From a virus: a stretch of DNA of 64,000 bases. A program made the translations under genes and the position numbers. The DNA lies in IMG/VR virus record IMGVR_UViG_3300015171_000001, positions 64,001 through 128,000 of that record; one strand, given 5' to 3'. The stretch's first letter is position 1; each line of letters begins with the position of its first letter. Below are positions 59,291-64,000 of the stretch, one piece after another. The notes under the pieces were generated by a model. The model was not told the origin of the DNA, ran no database searches, and worked only from the letters and a program-made list of their open reading frames with translations.

Positions 59291-62200
59291 ATAATAAAAA
59301 TATAAAAAATGCAAAAGATGTTGCTGATAATATAGATTTATCAAAAAACGCATCTAAAGCCATTGCTAGTTATTGGGAAATTATTTCCAATAAACTAGGA
59401 ATTTCTTCGGACAAATCGTCAGAAATTGCTAAATTGGCAAAAGACCATTCTAATTCTCAAGAAAAATTTAATTTATTAAAAGCTAAAGAAAATGATCTTG
59501 TTGAGAAAATTGGAAAACAATCAAATAAAGAAGAATTAAATATTAAAGAGTTGATTAAACACAAACAAGAACTTTTAAAAAATACACAATCTAATATAGA
59601 ATTTGATAAGAAATCCCACGAAGAAGGAAAATTATCAGAAATTGATCATGAAAAATTGATAAAAGATATTCAAAAAGAAATGGATATAAAGAAAGAAATA
59701 GAAATTTTGCAATTATCAACAAAAGAATCCTTGACTCAACAAATAATAGATACAAAAATTTTATCAAAATCTCAGAAGGATATATCCGATAGGTTACAAA
59801 ATCAATTAAAATCTGTCAAAAAACAAGATGAATTACAAAAAAGTATTATTGGGCATGTTAGTAATATTTCTGGATCTTTTGGAGAAGTTGGAAAGTCTTT
59901 AGAAGCATTGGGTATTATTATAGAAGGAGTTATTGCAAATCCTTTGACTATTATTTTAGTATTATTGGGAATGGCAGTAAAATTATTTGTTGATCTTGAT
60001 GCAGCAGGGGGAGAATTATCAAAGACTACACACCTTCTCCAATCTCAGACAGTAGATTTAAAAAAACAAATACAGGATATAACTGTAGAATATTCTAAAT
60101 ATGGTATAACAGCTTCGGATGTTGCTAAAACTCAGGCAGGTATATTAGAATCAACAAATGATAATAATTTTGCTACATTAAAAACTGCAGCCTCAGTTGC
60201 ATTAATGGATAAAAGATTGGGAGTCTCTGCAGAAAGTTCTACTGATGTATTGTCAATATTTAGAGGAATGAGTGGGATGTCTAGCGATGCCGCACTTAAT
60301 TTGTCTGCACAGACAATACAAATGGCAAAATTGGCACATGTCGCCCCTGGTAAAATATTTGAGGATATTGCAAAATCTTCTGGAAAGGCATTGGTGTATA
60401 TGAAAGGAGATGCTACTGCATTAGTTAAGGCCGCAATAGAAGCCAGACGGTTTGGTTCGTCTTTAGATGCAGTAGCATCCAGTGCAGATAGTTTACTAGA
60501 TTTTGAAACTTCTATTAATTCAGAAATGAATTTGTCTCAAATGTTGGGAAAAAATATAAATCTTCAAAAAATGAGAGAACTTGCATTTAATAAAGATTTG
60601 GGGGGATTAGCAAAAGCACAATCTGAATTTTTAAGAGAACAAGGTGGATTGCAAAATATGAATGTATTTGCACAAAAAGCAGCAGGACAAGCACTAGGAC
60701 TCACTCTTGAACAAATGACAAAAATAAATGACCAAAACGCAATCCAAGATGATTTTGCTAAAGAAATGGCCGAAGCAAAAACGAAAGATCCTGTTCATTA
60801 TGCAGAAATGGATAAGTTTCAAAAGGATCAAATACAATATGAAAAACAAAAGGCTGATTTAGGAAAAAAATCAAAACTTTCTGGATATGAATCCTTAAAA
60901 CAATTAGCCGAACAAGAAAAAACTCAGACTCAATTAGCAGATATGCAGGCAAAATTTAATGGACTGGTGGCGAAGTTAGGTGCAGCATTATTACCAATTG
61001 TATCTAAAATAATACTCCCATTATTACAAAAAATAACTGATGGAATCACATCATGGACTGGATCTACAGAAGATTTTTCTAAAGCACTCGACGACAATAT
61101 TTCCAAATATAAGTGGTTATTAAAACTTATATATGAAATCTCAATTGGTGTATTTAAAATTTCTTCTTTAGTTGTATATTTTGTATTATTAGGAAAAATA
61201 TTGTCTAGAATTGGAGTTTTTGGTGAAGAGTTTACGGAAACAATTTTGAAGTGGGTTGAAAGTATAAAAAATGTATTTTCGTGGTTTTCTAAAATATTTA
61301 AATTTATTCCAATTATTGGAAAATTTGGTGCGGCATTTTTAGAAGCTATTCCTGGGTTGGGAGAAATTATAATAGCCATTCAAACAATTTGGTCTGTTAT
61401 TTCAAATGTTATTAAAAATTGGGACACATTGAAACAACAACTTATGAGTGGGGATATTGCTGGTTTATTCAAAACAATTGGAAAGATTATATTTGATACA
61501 TTAACGGATGTTTTATTTTCTCCATTTGTTAGTTTATTAAATTGGGTCGGAAGTTTTTTTGGTGTTAAACTTGGAGATATTTCCTTGAGTGCAGTTAAAG
61601 GATTATCAAAATTAATTTACGTGTATGCAATAGAACCAATTATAGATATTGGTCAAGCATTTATTGATATGTTCAAAAATATTTACAATGCGTTTAAATC
61701 TGGAATTTGGTCTGGAATTGGAGCACTAATATTAGAACCATTTAAATTTATCGCAAAAGCTTTGTACGATTGGTTTATTTCCCCATTTGTTAATGTATTA
61801 GATTGGATTGGGAGCTTTTTTGGTGCGCATCTAAAAGATTTTATTTTGGATGGATTAAAATCGGCAGGGAATTTAGCATATGATATTTTAATACAACCTT
61901 TTATGGATGTATGGAATTGGTTAAAGAAAACATTTTTTGGCAATTCGCCATCCGAATTAGGATTGTTGATTGTGAATGGCATAGGGGCCATAGGTGGATT
62001 ATTATTGGATGTATTACTATCTCCATATAAAATGGCCTGGACATTGATTACAGACCTTTTTAGTTTTAACAACATAGGAAAGACAATAATGGAAACATTT
62101 GAAAAAATTGCGCCAATGATATTTGGGGCATTAATTTCTCCATTTCAAGATATTATAAAGTATATTCCTGATAATTTACTTCCAAAGGGAGTAAAGAATA

Positions 62201-62436
62201 TATTTACAAATATTCCTGATAAAACATCCAAACCAGAAGATTTTCAATCCACAAACACTCAAGAACAATCAAAGCAATCTGTTAAAGTAGATTCTACTAA
62301 TACAGACTTAAATGATGTTCTTTCTAAGTTAACTGCTGCAATAAACATATTGATGAATAATGGAATTACTGTAGAACTTGATGGTCAAAAAGTAACAAAA
62401 GCAATAACTAGTAGGGTTGCTACACAGAACGTTTAA
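59278..62436 (+). CDS. Tape measure protein
   Basis: 1052 aa, helical/coiled, LLDFETSI..E, hydrophobic segments, periodic PF..W repeats, ends VELDGQKV; follows the chaperone genes. Confidence 0.85.
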   Translation: MADIDNKNIKNAKDVADNIDLSKNASKAIASYWEIISNKLGISSDKSSEIAKLAKDHSNSQEKFNLLKAKENDLVEKIGKQSNKEELNIKELIKHKQELLKNTQSNIEFDKKSHEEGKLSEIDHEKLIKDIQKEMDIKKEIEILQLSTKESLTQQIIDTKILSKSQKDISDRLQNQLKSVKKQDELQKSIIGHVSNISGSFGEVGKSLEALGIIIEGVIANPLTIILVLLGMAVKLFVDLDAAGGELSKTTHLLQSQTVDLKKQIQDITVEYSKYGITASDVAKTQAGILESTNDNNFATLKTAASVALMDKRLGVSAESSTDVLSIFRGMSGMSSDAALNLSAQTIQMAKLAHVAPGKIFEDIAKSSGKALVYMKGDATALVKAAIEARRFGSSLDAVASSADSLLDFETSINSEMNLSQMLGKNINLQKMRELAFNKDLGGLAKAQSEFLREQGGLQNMNVFAQKAAGQALGLTLEQMTKINDQNAIQDDFAKEMAEAKTKDPVHYAEMDKFQKDQIQYEKQKADLGKKSKLSGYESLKQLAEQEKTQTQLADMQAKFNGLVAKLGAALLPIVSKIILPLLQKITDGITSWTGSTEDFSKALDDNISKYKWLLKLIYEISIGVFKISSLVVYFVLLGKILSRIGVFGEEFTETILKWVESIKNVFSWFSKIFKFIPIIGKFGAAFLEAIPGLGEIIIAIQTIWSVISNVIKNWDTLKQQLMSGDIAGLFKTIGKIIFDTLTDVLFSPFVSLLNWVGSFFGVKLGDISLSAVKGLSKLIYVYAIEPIIDIGQAFIDMFKNIYNAFKSGIWSGIGALILEPFKFIAKALYDWFISPFVNVLDWIGSFFGAHLKDFILDGLKSAGNLAYDILIQPFMDVWNWLKKTFFGNSPSELGLLIVNGIGAIGGLLLDVLLSPYKMAWTLITDLFSFNNIGKTIMETFEKIAPMIFGALISPFQDIIKYIPDNLLPKGVKNIFTNIPDKTSKPEDFQSTNTQEQSKQSVKVDSTNTDLNDVLSKLTAAINILMNNGITVELDGQKVTKAITSRVATQNV

Positions 62437-62487
62437 TCATTAGTAAATAAAACAATAGTAGTTTTTTCTTTTTTAATATTTATATTC

Positions 62488-64000
62488 ATGTCCGATGCTT
62501 TTGTAAATAATAATTTATCACAAACGTTTAATAATAATAATTCCACCACAATTTATGGTGTGTCCAATTATTCTGCATTTATAGCAGGTTCTGATCAGGA
62601 AAATAATCCAACTGGAGGACCAGTTCCAACAGAATATTCTATTAATGCAGCAAGATTTAATGACGCTATTAATAATGTTTATGGAGGATCGGATGTATAT
62701 AATTCAGATAATCCCGCGTTGGATGTTGGGTTTAGACAACCATATGTTTATACAAAATTGACTGATTCTGATCTTATTAAATATATTAAGAAATACGACA
62801 CTAGAGCATTTCCAATAGGATCAACTGTTCAAGATACAGAGAGAATAGGTAAATTAATGATTTCTGGAAAGGGAATATTATTCAATGCCACTCAATTTTT
62901 TTTACAAGGATATAATGCATTTAATGAAACTAGTTTATATAATCCATTGATGCCAATAACCGCAGTTGCTTCTTATGTTGGAATGGGATTAGTGCCAAGA
63001 CCAAGAAGGTTTATTAATATTTCTAATTTTTCTATAGGATCTCTATTTGGATTTGGTAATTTAAATAGTCCTCCTCCAACAGGAACTTTAGTATCAGCCG
63101 TTTCTAAGAATAATATTACTGTTAATGCACCAGAGGCATCATATGGAAACGGGACCACATATGCTGGATTACAGAGAGCAAGAACTGCATCGGCAGCATA
63201 CAAAACATTTTCTAATATTTGGGGAACACAAACAAGTGACACTCCAAGTTTTTTAGCAACATTAGCATCAACATTTCTGCCAAGCAATTTGGCTCCAATG
63301 CCAACACAAAATGGAATTTATAAAATAGGAGATACCACAACATATGATATAATGACTGTAGATAAGATTGGAAGATTTACTTCTGGGAAATATGTGAGAA
63401 ATGGATCAATTGCAACATATTCTCCAAATTCTGTTATAGTTGCGGAGGTCATGCCAAATACACCAGATAATGTATATGACGTTTCGGATTCAAATGATTT
63501 AGATGTTCCTATAGACAATAGTACCTCAAATTTGGTAAGTTTAATTTCTTCATTAACAAATACAAACACAAGATTTGGAAAAATAAATTCTTCTTTAACA
63601 AGTAAACAACAATACCAAAATTTACCAAATCCAACCGCACCAGCAAATATACAATCTGGAAATAATTATGAATCTCAAATAAGCATAGCTTCTGGATCAT
63701 ATATCACAAAGTATGGGTTTTCGACACTGGGTATAAATGGTCAGGGGGATCAAATTAATGAATCATTTACCGTAACAAGCAATTCCGATATTAAAGATCT
63801 TGCCAAATTTTATTTTTATGATGTTTATAATAAAAAATATTTGCCATTTAGAAATACAATAACCGATTTGAATTTTTCAACTAATGCAGAATGGGAAGAA
63901 TATTCTTATATTGGTAGAGCAGATAATCTGTATACATATAAAGGATTTTCACGAACTTTGAGTTTTTCCTTTATAGTATATGCAAATAGATTAGATGAAC
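62488..64000 (+). CDS. Baseplate/tube-initiator-like protein, 3'-truncated by the window (absent from the ORF track)
   Basis: ATG 62488 after TATTTATA; the same frame ends with FYFYDV..KYLPFR...AEWEEYSYIGRADNLYTYKGFSRTLSFSF, a tube-fold signature. Confidence 0.7.
   Translation, partial: MSDAFVNNNLSQTFNNNNSTTIYGVSNYSAFIAGSDQENNPTGGPVPTEYSINAARFNDAINNVYGGSDVYNSDNPALDVGFRQPYVYTKLTDSDLIKYIKKYDTRAFPIGSTVQDTERIGKLMISGKGILFNATQFFLQGYNAFNETSLYNPLMPITAVASYVGMGLVPRPRRFINISNFSIGSLFGFGNLNSPPPTGTLVSAVSKNNITVNAPEASYGNGTTYAGLQRARTASAAYKTFSNIWGTQTSDTPSFLATLASTFLPSNLAPMPTQNGIYKIGDTTTYDIMTVDKIGRFTSGKYVRNGSIATYSPNSVIVAEVMPNTPDNVYDVSDSNDLDVPIDNSTSNLVSLISSLTNTNTRFGKINSSLTSKQQYQNLPNPTAPANIQSGNNYESQISIASGSYITKYGFSTLGINGQGDQINESFTVTSNSDIKDLAKFYFYDVYNKKYLPFRNTITDLNFSTNAEWEEYSYIGRADNLYTYKGFSRTLSFSFIVYANRLDE

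Noticed and set aside
27931-62436. Bacterial contractile injection system or tailocin
   Set aside because: Complete head and packaging genes are present; this is a phage
1-64000. Alternative genetic code (stop reassignment)
   Set aside because: Core genes are full length in code 11 and genes end normally on TAA, TAG and TGA

Overview
AT-rich window from a large T4-like (myovirus/jumbo) phage, covering nearly the whole virion morphogenesis module on the + strand: terminase large subunit, portal, prohead protease, scaffold, major capsid, neck/tail-terminator proteins, sheath, tube, duplicated tail-assembly chaperone, tape measure and a tube-like baseplate gene running off the end. It is heavily invaded by selfish elements: four inteins (terminase, portal x2, protease), an HNH gene, and four related free-standing nuclease loci (two intact, two decayed) beside the capsid, sheath and tube genes; the intact ones carry C-terminal putative DNA-modifying domains. 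Main leads: (i) an [S/T]-[G/A]-S tripeptide pervading outer virion proteins next to a glycosyltransferase, a candidate virion-wide glycosylation system; (ii) about 15 proteins with a shared leader ending in (L/I)xE, including a nucleotidyltransferase-kinase and four ADP-ribosyltransferase-like paralogs, a candidate head-packaged effector cassette; (iii) a 17-bp motif before the terminators of the capsid, sheath and tube genes; (iv) a 159-bp pure-AT tract that may be an origin. No tRNA, rRNA or CRISPR array was seen. All calls are from motif recognition by eye, with no database searches.
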